Source: Ginglymostoma cirratum (taxonomy: Eukaryota). From it: a stretch of DNA of 64,000 nucleotides. The position numbers and the translations under genes are program-made. The stretch spans positions 2,232,279 to 2,296,278 of the forward strand of contig JAHRHZ010000085.1 in assembly GCA_024137785.1 (NCBI GenBank), written 5' to 3'. Under the pieces are notes generated by a model. The model was given only the letters and a program-made list of their open reading frames with translations. It did not search any database and had not been told where the DNA came from. This document shows, in pieces, positions 47,628 to 60,067 of the stretch (the first letter of the stretch is position 1; each line of letters begins with the position of its first letter).

Positions 47628-49099
47628 GCCTTAAGCGTCCTGCCTGAATAGAATTAGATATAAACTTTGTAAATCTTTATCTTCCTGCACAGGGGTATGT
47701 GGAAACTGTCTCAAATAAGATTAGGTGGGCAGTATTTTTAACGGCATGAGACTTCTGAAATCCTGTAAAGAATGTAACTTCTGTTTCTGCTAAAGGGGCC
47801 AGGGCACTGACTTTTGTTCAAGCCATACACATCGGTGGCTTGAAATCACATTCTGCCACTTCGGCAACTCGAAATTGTCTCCTGCTGTTAGCAGTCACTT
47901 TGCAAATGATCGATACTGTATCCTGCTTTCTTTATGTTTTCGATGTAGTAATTGTTTGCGTATCATTTTATTGTCCGATGTAGTGATTGTTTCATGCAAC
48001 ATGCCATTGTGAGATGTAAAATTGCTTTATGTATTATGCACTCGATAAGGTATAAAAAGTGGGGACTGTCCGCTACTCAGAGAGAATCGCTTATGAGACT
48101 TTTCATTCTGTGCCGGGTTGAGTAGACTGATCCTCCACAGCTTGTACTTGCTTTGTAATAAAGGATTTGTGTCTTTCTAAACAGGTCAATGTCTTGTTAT
48201 TACATCAAGTCCGTGCGGGTCTCCGAAAACGAACCTAACAGTAGAAAGTTCAGAGCAATTGACAGAACAGGAATAATGCATGAAAATATAAACTCTGTTT
48301 CAGACAGAATCTTAAAATTCACAAGTCTTCTGTCAGTATACAAGCTGTGAAATAAAATGTAAAACTTTAGGTGAGGCAGATTCAAGATTAAAACTGGATT
48401 TCTGCATTGAAGAAGAGAAAGTAGTTAATTTTACAAATTATAATGACACTTCAACCTTTTAGAAGGAATAAGATGCTTTCAATATGATATTGGAGTCAAT
48501 TGAGACACGGGCAACTAAATAAGCCCATCCGGTTTATCGTGGCAATAGTGTTGCACAACATAATGGAGAGTGTTCTCTATGTGAAGGCAAGACTATGCCT
48601 CCACAAAGACTGTGCATTTATCACTTTTACTGACACTATCATGGACAGATGCATATACAGCTGGCAGGTTGCAAGGATGAGATCAAGTTTGGTTTCACCT
48701 TTTTGGGTTCCATCAAGGATTCTTTGTGAAGAACTTTACCGAACAGCTGCACCCCAACAACGGTTGACAAAAGAAGTGTGAGCTAAAGGTTCTGTATCAG
48801 CCATAGTTCATCCAGCATTAAATGTTCAGTCAATAACAAGAATGAATACACACATTAGGAAGTGTGGCGGGGTGACAAGTTCTGAAGAGAATATGTTATA
48901 ATGAATTGCACTTTCTTGAAAAGTGAAATGGCTAAATAATTTTGGTATGTTACTTTTATTCCTTTGGAAGCCTGAGATACCCAATTGTAAAAAAATTGGT
49001 TAACAGGAACCACTAATGTTTTGGATCAAATTGGAATGTTTAATTTCTGTTTTAAGAATATCGTAACTGTGTTTGAATAGTGAGGGGAATCTGAACATT

Positions 49100-49660
49100 G
49101 AAGAGATAGCAGGACCTGCAGTTGCTGGAGTCAGAAATAACACAGTGTGAAGCTAGAGGAACACAGCAGGCCAGGCAGCATCAGAGGAGCAGGAAAGTTG
49201 ACATTTATGAAGAAGGGAAAACCCCCGCCTCCCATTTCTGAAGAAAGGAAAACCTGCAAACTGGAGGAGCAGCACCTCATATTCTGCCCTTGGGAACCTA
49301 CAGCCCGATGGCCCAAATGTGGATTTTACCAGTTTCAAAATCTCCCCAACCCTGACCTCATTCCATGACCAACCCTCCCTCTCATCAACGCCTCCTTGAC
49401 CTGACACAACAGTTCCATCTTCTCTCCCACCTATTCATCCCTCCCACCTCACTTACCAATCCCCACCACTCCTTACCTGCACTCAGTTATCACCATCCCA
49501 CCTACCTTCCCCAGCCCCACCCCTCCTCTCTATTTATTTGGGATCCCTTCCTTCTCCCTTATTTTTGAAAAGGGTCCTGACCCAAAACGTCAGCTTTCCT
49601 GCTCTTCTGATGCTGCCTGGCCTGCTGTGCTCCTCCATCTCATAGTCTGTTATCTCTGCC
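49100..49660. mobile_element. Penelope-derived element with inverted arms
   Basis: Same family as 46836-47627. Includes the KLEEQHLIFC GIY-YIG C-terminal remnant. Confidence 0.75.
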
Positions 49661-49699
49661 TTATTCACCTGTTTTACTCTGAACACTACTTTAAACGTG

Positions 49700-51202
49700 C
49701 AGGCAAAGTGGGGGATGGACAGTATCATACAGCAGTTCTGGTACGCACCAGATTTCATGATGATTTCTGATAAGGTAAGTGCCAGATTCATAGTATGTTA
49801 ATAATTTAACATGAGGAAAACCCCCAGTTACAAACCTGATTTGTATCCATAACCATGGGACCCTTTTATGTATTTGTAAATGACCATCCATAGTATGGAT
49901 TAAACCTTGCTTAATTATTGCATCGCCTTGACTAAATCCCTTAAAGCCTTCCATTCTCAGGTAGTTGAGGCCCAAAGGGAACCCACCAAGGAAAGGTGCC
50001 ATATATACCAGCCCAGAGATAATGTATTCATAAAATAGTTCCATCGAAAGGACAATCTGGAACCCAGGAAGGACGGATCGCACCAAGTACTGTTAACAAC
50101 CAACACCGCGGGGAAACCAGAAGGAAAGTCCACGTAGATCCACACTTTGCCCGTCAAACCAGCACCGACCTTAGAGGGGCCGGGCAAGGCAAAGAACACT
50201 TAAAAACTACTGCACTGTGAACATTTAACCGTTGTCACACTGTTAAAATGCTCAAGAGGTTGCTGTTTGCTTTTATCATGACATTACAGTGCAAGGCTGA
50301 ACCGGGCCAAGATTCTGGGTCAGATTAGCTTTACGAACCTGTAGCAGGCCCATGGAATACCAGGTTACAACTGTCCTATTCCTATGCAGAAGCCCATAAG
50401 GGAAGCAGTTGCAGGGTCTGTTCACAAATTCCCGGAAATGTTGGGGGTGTTTGATGTGTATCCCATCCCGTTGTGTGTGAGCGATATACGATCGTTTTTC
50501 CCTTGGATAATGCCACACGAGGCCAGAGGTGGGGGTGTGCTCCCAGCGGCTACTGACACATCCGTTTGTGATTGGTACCGGGGTTGGTATCAGTCTTATT
50601 ACAATGGAACCCAGGGTCCCTTCCCCCAGTTCTGGATGACCTTCCAAGTGAGAGCCCCCACATGCGATTGCAGTACCATTGGGGAAAGGACGGTTCTTGG
50701 GGAATAGCACTTGTAACCAATATACTACAGCTGCCCACCTCTCCACCAATGACAGGTTGGGACCAGTTCATGTACCTACGTACCTGAACTATGGCATATA
50801 ATGGTTGTCGTGAGAAGCCATGGCTTTGGTTAGTGGACTGTTGTAACTACATACCAAATAAATCTGAGTACATATCTGTCCTCGCCATTCATGATCAGGC
50901 CTGGCAGAGCAAATTTGGAAGGTTGGCCGGTGGCTAAGTCAGCCCCCTGACATCAGGGGCCCAGCAGAGTGGCTTAAAGCCACCGGGAGGCATTGGAGAA
51001 GCTCAATCACTCAGTGGTGTATCGGGGTACTGTTCCTGATTGTTATGGTCTTGGTTCTGACGGGGGCATCAAAACCCTTTTCACTAACTACAGCTAGCGC
51101 TATGATCCAGCAGGTGATGGTGCCGGAGGATAAGGATATGGAATTCCAAAGACTGGGGTCAGATCGAACTCTAAGGTTGTCCTGAAAGGACAAAAGCGGG
51201 GA
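49700..51202 (+). mobile_element. Class I (gamma/epsilon-like) endogenous retrovirus remnant: integrase C-terminus, internally deleted env, PPT
   Basis: YQPRDNVFIK*FHRKDNLEPRKDGSHQVLLTTNTA...ST*IH (about 50000-50145), CWGC (about 50440), DCCNYIPN (50836-50859), a hydrophobic TM stretch near 51015-51060 and PPT-like AAAAGCGGGGA near 51192. Confidence 0.75.
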
Positions 51203-51919
51203 CCGTGGAAGGAATCAAAATGGGGACATAAAAATGTGCAGCCAGGCATGTCCACAAGAGAACTGCACCTGGTTCGAGCGAAGCGAGATAACAGGAAGTT
51301 TTACACCACAAATGGAGTTGCAAGTGTTGAAGGCAGATACCTATGAAGGGAATTAATGCTGCTAAGGTTTGAAAATAAGATATGATTTATTAACAAGAAG
51401 AATGCCAAATCGTGCATAAAAGTGTGATTGTAACCACCAAAAGTCAGCCTCACACCGTCGGGATGTTAGCAACCCATGGGTCGACTACCCTTGCTGCAAG
51501 TCATAAAGAAAACATTGCTCACTGTATTGCCTTTCAGATAGTTTCAATCCTAATAAAGATTCCTTTACCTGTTACTCATTGGCACATCACCATCATGGGT
51601 ACTCAGCTACAAGCAGCAAAACACACATTGAACAGAATGCCTACTCCTTCACCAACACCATCACTTCGACATCAGCTGAAATTCATGCTCATCAACAACT
51701 TTTAAGTCACCAGAAGCCCCTTTTTAATGAGACAGAGAGTCATTACCGCACGGAAACAGGCCTTTCGGCCAAAGTCAACCAGGATAAGTAACGGAATCTG
51801 TAAGCAGCAGCGTCATGCAGACACAAATAACATCAGCCAATAACACAGCCATGAGAAACAACACCAGCAAGTTACCAGCAGGAACATCAGCAGTCATCAG
51901 CAGTACTTTACTGACATAA

Positions 51920-53560
51920 ACCGTTCATCCTGGTGAACACTTCATTCCTCAACTCTGCTCTAAACCTGCTGCCCTTCAACCTAAAATTTTGCTCTCATTT
52001 TACTGACCTTCAATTAATGGGAACATCTGCTTCCCATCCACCCTGTCCATGCCCCTCACCCTTCTCCACCTCAATCAGGTTCCTGCTCAACCTTCCCTGC
52101 TCTAAAGAAAACAAACCAAGCTTAACCAGTCTCTGTTTGTCATTAAAATGCTCCAATCTGGGGAACATCCTGGTGAATCTCCTCTGCACCCTCTCCAGTG
52201 CAATCACATCCTTCCCATAGTGAGGTGACTGGAATTACACACACTACTCCAGCTGTGGCCGAACCCAATGTTCTGTACAGCACCAACATAACTGCCCTAA
52301 TCTTACAATCTATGACACGACTGATAAGACAGTGTCCATATGCCTCATTAACCACCCTAATAAGCTCTTAGGTACCTTCCTGTTCTGTTGTCATGCACCC
52401 GAAGACTCCTCTGTTCCTCTGAGCTTTCTTGTATCCAGTCATTCATTTAGTTTTCCTTTGCCTTGTTACTTCCTCAATGGTGTATCACTTCCCATTTTCC
52501 AGGGTTCAATTGCATTATCTTTGACCTGCCTGCCTGACAAGTACACGAGATCCTCCCATAACTGATGGCCTTCTTTCTCACTATAAATCTCTTGGCTCAT
52601 CCTTGCATCATGTGCAAACTCACTCATATTATCTCTCGCACTCTCATCTATGTTATATATAGAACAATTGAATAACAGTTTCCCTAGAGTAGACAAGCAG
52701 CCATTTGCCCCTTTGAATCCACATTGATCCTCTGAAGAGCATCTCACCAGTCCATTCTGACCCTATCCCTGTAACCCGACATTCCCCATGGCCAATTCAC
52801 CTAATGTGCACATCTTCGGACTGCGGGAGGAAACTGGAGAATCCGAAGGAATCCCAAGCAGATATGAGGAGAATGTGCAAAATCCACACAGACACAGTCA
52901 CTTGAGGATGGAATCGAATCCAGATACCTGGTGCTGTGAGGCAGCAGTGCTAACCACGGAGCCACTGTACTGCTCCATTTGTATCTACATCATAAACAGT
53001 AAGGGACTCAGCACTAACCCCATATTATGACATTGTACACCTGCCTCCAGTCACCAACAACCTTCAACCACTCCTCTCTGTCTCCAGCGGCTAAGCCAAT
53101 TTTGCAACCAGATTGCCAAGTTACCCTCCATTCCATGTACTTTTACTTTCTTCATTCGTCCCCCATGTGAGACCTTGTCAAAAGATTTACTCAAATCCAT
53201 TGAAACTACATTAACTATATAAGACTCATCTACACGCCTCATCACCTTAAATAAATCCATCAAATTTATTTTGCATGGACTCCCTCTGACAAAACCATGA
53301 TGACTATCCCTGAGAAAACCTTACCTCTCGAAGTGGGGATGAAATATCTCCATCAGAATTTTACACAATAAGTTCCCTATTTAGCAGTCTGTAATTCCCT
53401 GGTTTATCCCTGCTACCCTTCTGGAAAATTCAATGCACATTAGTCCTCTGGATTCTTCCCCATGGGCACAGAGGAATTAAAAAATTGGGTCAGAGCCTCT
53501 GTAATTTCCTCCCTAACCTCCCACAGCAACCTGGGATACAATTCACCCAGACCTGAGCCA
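51920..53560 (-). mobile_element. CR1-type LINE RT remnant with a nested V-SINE (about 52685-52975)
   Basis: MDLSKSFDKVSHG...WLQNWL and LERVQRRFTRMFP motifs. Confidence 0.85.
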
Positions 53561-53869
53561 AAACCTCCAATACCTCGTCACTCCCTTTGTCAGTCAGTAA
53601 AGTGCAAGTCCTCAGGCACTGGCTGGAAGTCAAGCTGCCAAAAAGTCTGATAGAAACTTTGCCAGTACACACTTCTCCAACATACAAACAGCGGGCTGGT
53701 TGTAACTGGTTCGCCTGAAACTTTGTGACGTTTTGACCTTGGTTTCCACCATTCACTGTTGCCAAAAGCTGTTGGCAGCTGTTTAATTTAGTTGGGCCAT
53801 TTTCCATTAGGCTCAATTTCTCCAGTTGTGAGACAATTTATAGAAAACAATTTTGAGCGTGTAGTTGCT

Positions 53870-55190
53870 TAACGACAGCCTTTATTCTCCCCATTTCATT
53901 TTTGATCACCCTTCTCCCCTCTCCCTCCCCAACCCTGCCACCCATCTGCTGTATATTTACCCAGAAGGTGATCTTCCTTGTCTAATTTGTCCAGATCTGG
54001 TCTCAATTTTAAAAGTGACAAAACTGCTGTTTGCAGACCATCCTTTTCCTTATCTGTGACAAACACCAGATCATGCTGTGTTGTGGCTGCTATCACTACA
54101 ACGTTCTCCCATTACCACCTCAAACACCAGCAGCAACGTTCCTCAGAATTAGATCGAGCACTGTCCTGTCTCTTGTCAGATATCCTACATATTGGCAGAA
54201 AAACGTTTACACAGATTCTACATGTTTACACCACGACTATCCCAAATGATATTGGGAAAGTTGAAATCCCCTAATATTCTTACCTTATGATTATGATCAT
54301 TATGATTAGATACCTTCATATAATGTCTCCATGTCTACTTCTTTGTTACCTGCTGGCTGTTTGAAGGCCTGCACTACACTTAGAGCAATGTGACGTTCCC
54401 TTCTTATCCCTAAGCTCTACCTCCAGGCCTCATTTGAAGATTATTTCATGATAGAATCATTCTTTATTGCAGTAACTGATTCCTTTAAGTGATACCACCT
54501 CGTCTTTTCTCCTTCACTCTCTGTACTTCTGAAAGAATGTGGAGTTATTTGCAAGATGCTGCTTCCAGTCTCTGTTTACCAGATCTTGTCTAATGACATT
54601 GAATTTGTCTTTCTCCCAGTTCAGACACATGTGCATGAACCATTTTCCTTTCCATAATGACTTTGAAACCATTCCCAAAATGTTTGCCCAATTCAACTTC
54701 ATTTGCCTGGCTTCATTCCCTAGTATTAGATCTAACACTGCCCCATCTGTAGTTGGACTATCTGTGTAGTGGCTCAAAAAGCTCTCCTAGATGCACTTTA
54801 AAAATTCCTACCCATATAATCATTTCACACAAAGGCCATCCAGTTAATGTTAGAAAGTTTATATCTGCTATGACTATATTACTCTATTCCTCTCATACCA
54901 CTCTGTAATTTGCCTCCATATCTACTCCTCCATCTCTATCTAACTGTTGGGGACCTGTAGTATTATCACAGCAAAGTGATCACTCCTTTTTTATGACTAA
55001 GCTCCAGCCAGAATGACCTCATTTGAAGAGCCTCCTGAGACATTCTCACTCATTACTGCAGTCAATTTCTCCTTTTCCAAGAATGCACCAACTTCTCTTA
55101 GATCGCCCTCTATCATGCCTGAAATCGCTATACCCTGTAATGTTGAGCTGCCAATCCTGCCCTTCCTTTACCCAAGTCTCAGGGATTGCA
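53870..55190 (-). repeat. Internally tandem-duplicated CR1 endonuclease-region remnant
   Basis: PTTDGAVLDLILGNEA and NWEKDKFNVIRQDL. Inverted paralog of 27560-28540. Confidence 0.7.
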
Positions 55191-55344
55191 ACTGTTACGG
55201 CTACTTAAGGTAGAAGTTGGTTCTCAGAGGACATAAAATGGTTTAGGAAGATGTCTGGCTGAAATACTCAGCTGTTTGAAGCCAAACTGTGAGCTACAGC
55301 AGTTAGCTGCATTCACAGAAAGCGTGTATCCAAGGTAACGAGAT

Positions 55345-55667
55345 TAGAATCATAGAGGGTCAGTGTGGAAGCAGGCCATTTGGCTCATCACGTCCACACT
55401 GACCCTTCAAGCAACATCCCCCCAAGACCCATCATCCTACTCTATCCTGTAACTAACCCAACCAGACTGCATATCCTCTGAACACCATGAGCAATGTAAC
55501 ATGGCCAATGCACATACCCTGCACATCTTTGGACTGTAGGAGGAAACCAGAAAACTCAGAGGAAATCCACACAGACACAGGGAGAATGTGCAAATGCCAC
55601 ATGGGATGGAATCAAACCAGGGTACCTGGCACTGTGAGGCGGGACAGCTAACAACTGTGCCGCCCCT
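55345..55667 (-). mobile_element. V-SINE (HE1-like)
   Basis: Reverse complement of head, V core and tail. Confidence 0.8.
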
Positions 55668-58600
55668 TTAAGACAAAGATAACATGCAAAAAAATCTTTT
55701 AAAATGCATACAATGGGCCCTGTGAAACAGAAACCGATGAAGCTGCTTGTGTCGAGACAGATAAGGTACAGCCTTAAGGAATGCTGACAGAAAGCTTTGT
55801 ACCAGGCTGGCCCAAAGTCTGGACTTCATCATGGGACAGAAAGGTAGGGTCAAACCATACACTGATCACTTGTTCACATGATGTTATTTCACCCAGGTCA
55901 TTGGAAGAGGAGTTAGATGAAAGCTGAAATAAGCTGTCTGACCGTTTTCAAACTGCATGTTTCCCTTTATTCAGTGGAGAAGCCCCTGAACCACCCAGAG
56001 GCTCTTTCCGCATTCATGCAAAACAAGAAAAACTTTGATGCTTGAAGTCGAATTGATTATCAACTGATTCATTTAGTCATTCCGTCCATCAGTTTAGTGC
56101 AGTCAGCAGCATACGAGAAGCATGCACAGGCAAAGGGACTGGACAACATGAGTACGCTGTATTCACAGTAACCTGTAACCCCGGCTCATTTGGTGTCCCC
56201 TTATGTTCCCGTATCTGAACTTGAAAAGGGTCCACTCGGTGTCAAAGGGAGGTAGGTCCCAGGTGTTGTGGCTATGGGACACAGTCACAGGCCACCTTGA
56301 AGCATGCCTTCATTGAAACACAAGGACCCTCTTCCACAGCTAAAATTTATTGGGAGAGACTCTAAGTCATGCCTAAGGGAAGGGTGAGGAACACCGACAG
56401 TTGTAATCTGCTTGCAGGACTTAGCCAAAACAGGCAGACTACTTGTTGGACTAATTTGCTAGAAAGCCCCCGCAGAGGGTCCGGCACGACTGGCGTGGCA
56501 GTCCTCAGCAGGAACTGGGGTGGAATGGGTTTGCATGGCTGACGCCCGAGAGCGGTGGGAGTCAGCAGGTTACAGCCTGGCCGCCTTTCAAAGCTGGGAT
56601 CAGCCTCATTACGGCACCTCACAATGACCTCCTTTCTTGAATGGGGAGATCAAACAGAAGGGTTATGTTTATGTAAGACCCAACCGTGAGGGCAGGAGAC
56701 GGGATACAACAAGTGTTACCTTAAACATGGACAGAATCGTGTTACTTGAGCTTTTTGTCATCCCTTTGTCCATCACTCATTCTCCCAACCTAAGATACCT
56801 CACTGGCATAGATTTAAAACGGCCGTTCAGAGACACAGAGATTCACTGGGCTCCTGAAAGATAAGCAACATGTGACCCAATCGTTCTTGTATAAAAAGCC
56901 TGTCTCGTATGTGTAACTATACACTTGTGTGCTTTGTGATTCACTTAAGGGGGAATCAAAGCGGGGATTGTTCGTGCTGCCCATAACTGAGTCACAAAAT
57001 AGCTGTTAGGGCTGCCCATAACTAATGTTGAGAAACCGAGCACAAGCTGGAAGAACAGCTGCTCATTTTCCACTTGGGGACCCTGCAGCCTTTTGGATTC
57101 AATATCAAGTTCAATAATTTTAGGTCTTAAGCACCTTCCTCCATGTCCATGCCCCACCCCCACAAACCAGGCCGTGTCATCACACTGACTGCTATGGATT
57201 GTCAGCTACTAATGTTCTGTCCCTCATTGTGATTACTGTTAGTTATCCTCTAGACCAATCCCACTGGCGATTCTTTCAGCTACTACTATTCTCTCCTACC
57301 CAAATTGATTCTTCATTATGGTTTCTTGACCATGTCCACTCTTAGCTGTTCATAAATCTAACTCTAACAGTGGAACACCATCCTCCATCACCTGTGTTCT
57401 GTTCTTATAAACTGTTATGTACTCCTACATAAACATAGCCAATATTTTCCATCTTACAGTCAAGTCTTCATGATGACTATTAATCATGCTTATTTGATTC
57501 AATGTGTGGTCTCAATTTGCTTATTTCAGTCACAATGTTATGAGCATTTTCAAATCTAGAGTCTTTTTTCTCGTTTTATTTTGTGAACACAAGTACCAAC
57601 AGTTTCAAGAAGAGCTCCTTTCCTGTTGTTGAGAGACAGCAAGAACTGCGGATGCTGGAGTCAGAGCCAACACAGTGTGGAGCTGGAGGAACACAGCAGG
57701 TCAGGCAGCATCAGAGGGGCAGGAAAGTTAACGTTTCATGTCAGGACCCTTCATCAGAACTTCTTCCCTGTTGTTATTAGATTGCTGAACAGACCTCTCT
57801 TACTTCAAATAATACTAATCCTGTTCACGTTGATCTTGCTTTATGTAGCTCCTGTGCAATGTAACCTGTATGCCTCAATCTGTCTGAGCACCCTATGATC
57901 TGTATGTCCTTGTTTGCTATAATCTGCCTGTGCTGCTTGCAAGACAAAACTTTTCACTGCATTTAGGTACATGTGGCTAAATTAATCAAATCAAATCAAA
58001 TCAAACTCCAAGTCTTGATTGTTAATGTACTTCTCAGTTCTTCTTCTCCCAAACTCTGTCCATCTCACTATTCTCTGACCCTCAATTCCCTGATTCCTAT
58101 TTTGCTCTTTTCACTTGTGTTTTCTCCTTAACAAACCACAATCCATACATGTGATCCCTTGATCCATTATTGAGATTAAAACCCTCCCTATTCCCATAGT
58201 TCTGCCATCTACAAAAACATTGGCGCTCCTACAGTAAAGTGAACCATACCGTCAGACTCCATTTTGCCTAGTGCTGCTACCAGTAGCCAATGAATTAGAG
58301 TACAGTTCTCGTTCACAATTCCTTGGAGGGATAGCAGTGTGAAGCACTGATGGCATTTGTGCCTTTATTTGAGAGCTTCCTTGAGGGAAGAAATGCCAGG
58401 GGAGCGCGGACCACCTACTCTGTGCAGTAATATCAATTATCTTCGGACTGATGTCCAAGTCATTTCTCCAATCAGAAGGAACAAAACAAAAACATGTTTT
58501 TTTTTAATGGGCTGTATGTTACATTTCATTGGCATGACCATCACTTACGTGTTGTTTGCCCATCAGCAAGTTCAGTTTAGGTAAGTTGCCTGAACATTTG

Positions 58601-60067
58601 CCTCAGTTTGTTGTCACCTGTTGCAGTTATGCACCTTCCTGTTCTGGCTGTTATTTCCTGTTTCTTTTATGCATTGCATTCTCATGAATTTCTGCAGTTA
58701 TTTAACTTTCATTTCATACATCATGTGTTGTTGACTTAAAAGCAAATTAATTGACTGTCTCTGCATTATTTGATCTTTAAGATCATCTCAATAATTCGGC
58801 TTTGGCTTTCTCTTTCAGTAGGCTCCAATGAAATATCGGTCAAGTTGACTCAGCCCCATGTGAAGTTGTGGACAGATGTTTGCTCTAATGTGTCCTGACA
58901 ATAGTTAGCTCCTTCCATCCAAGGCAGTCATGCTCTGAATGTTCATTGGTGGAATCGAGATAATGATCAAAATCTCTGCAAGAAACAAGATGACAGGAAA
59001 TTAGTTGGTTTCTCCAGATAACCAGTGTGACAGTATACGAAGAGAAATGGCCTATTGCAGAGAATCTCATCAAAGTAGTTTCTTTTTTTTGGAAACCAGA
59101 CGGGGTCCACTGTAACAGTGTGGGATAAGCATGAAAAGAACATGAGAATCAGGTGTTTGTAACTAGTATTTCATAAATTGTCACATTCTACAACTGTGCT
59201 TTGAAAATTCACTTTAATAAATCAAAAAAAAAGGTAATGACAGGTAGAAGTCACCTACATTAATCTGGTTATCTGCCATCATACGCCAGCCAGATCAGGT
59301 CACCATGGCAGGAGAAGACCATAAATTCAGTCAAGCCATGTCTGCCATTTCCAATGGTTCTATATGTACACATATAACTTGTAACATTCAGCTATTTCAT
59401 GTTCCAGCCTGTGTTAAGATAGCTATTTTATCAAGATGAGTTTTATTCATCCATGGTTTTACCAAAATAACAGCCTGTGTCTGTGCTACAAACATTTGTG
59501 TGTTTATTCCAGTTCCATTCAATGATGTGCCTGTCACAACAACATGAGTTACTGACATGATTCCATCATAGACACAGAGATTTGATTCTCATTGAAGCTA
59601 GTCTATTTATTCTGGGAACAGAGAGATGAACTGGATCATGATTTGTGTACTTGAAATTTAAGAAGGTATCTGTTGGTATATGCGAAAGCTTATGTTATTG
59701 CAAGCAAAGACGCCTTAAAATGCCAATGTTTCCATTATGCAGTTGATGTGCAGTAAGGACATGATCATCTTCAACATTCATTTCAATTAAAAGTAAAGGA
59801 TATTTTAATCAATTTTTATAAGAATGAAGATGATTCATACTCTCAGTAATTTCACAAAACAATCGATAATCAATTGTAAAGTTGTCTAGAATTTGTTCAA
59901 TTCAGAAAAAGAAGAAGTGTGCATTCTGTCAGGATCCATCTTCACAAATGACTTTTCTGAAGAATGGTCCTGACACAAAACGTCAACTTTTCTGCTCCTC
60001 CAATGCTATATGGCCTGATATGTTCCTCCAGCTCCAAACTGTGTTGTCTCAGATTTTCACTGCAGAT

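Larger units (their letters stand above)
46656..48240 (+). mobile_element. Solo LTR interrupted by a Penelope-derived element
   Basis: TGTTA...TAACA termini, TATAAAA at 48051, AATAAA near 48157, and an internal tandem unit of about 85 bp. Confidence 0.6.

Noticed and set aside
55192-57030. Possible LTR-like element (TGTTA start, TATAAAA near 56890)
   Set aside because: No clear terminal CA, TSD or coding motif could be fixed.
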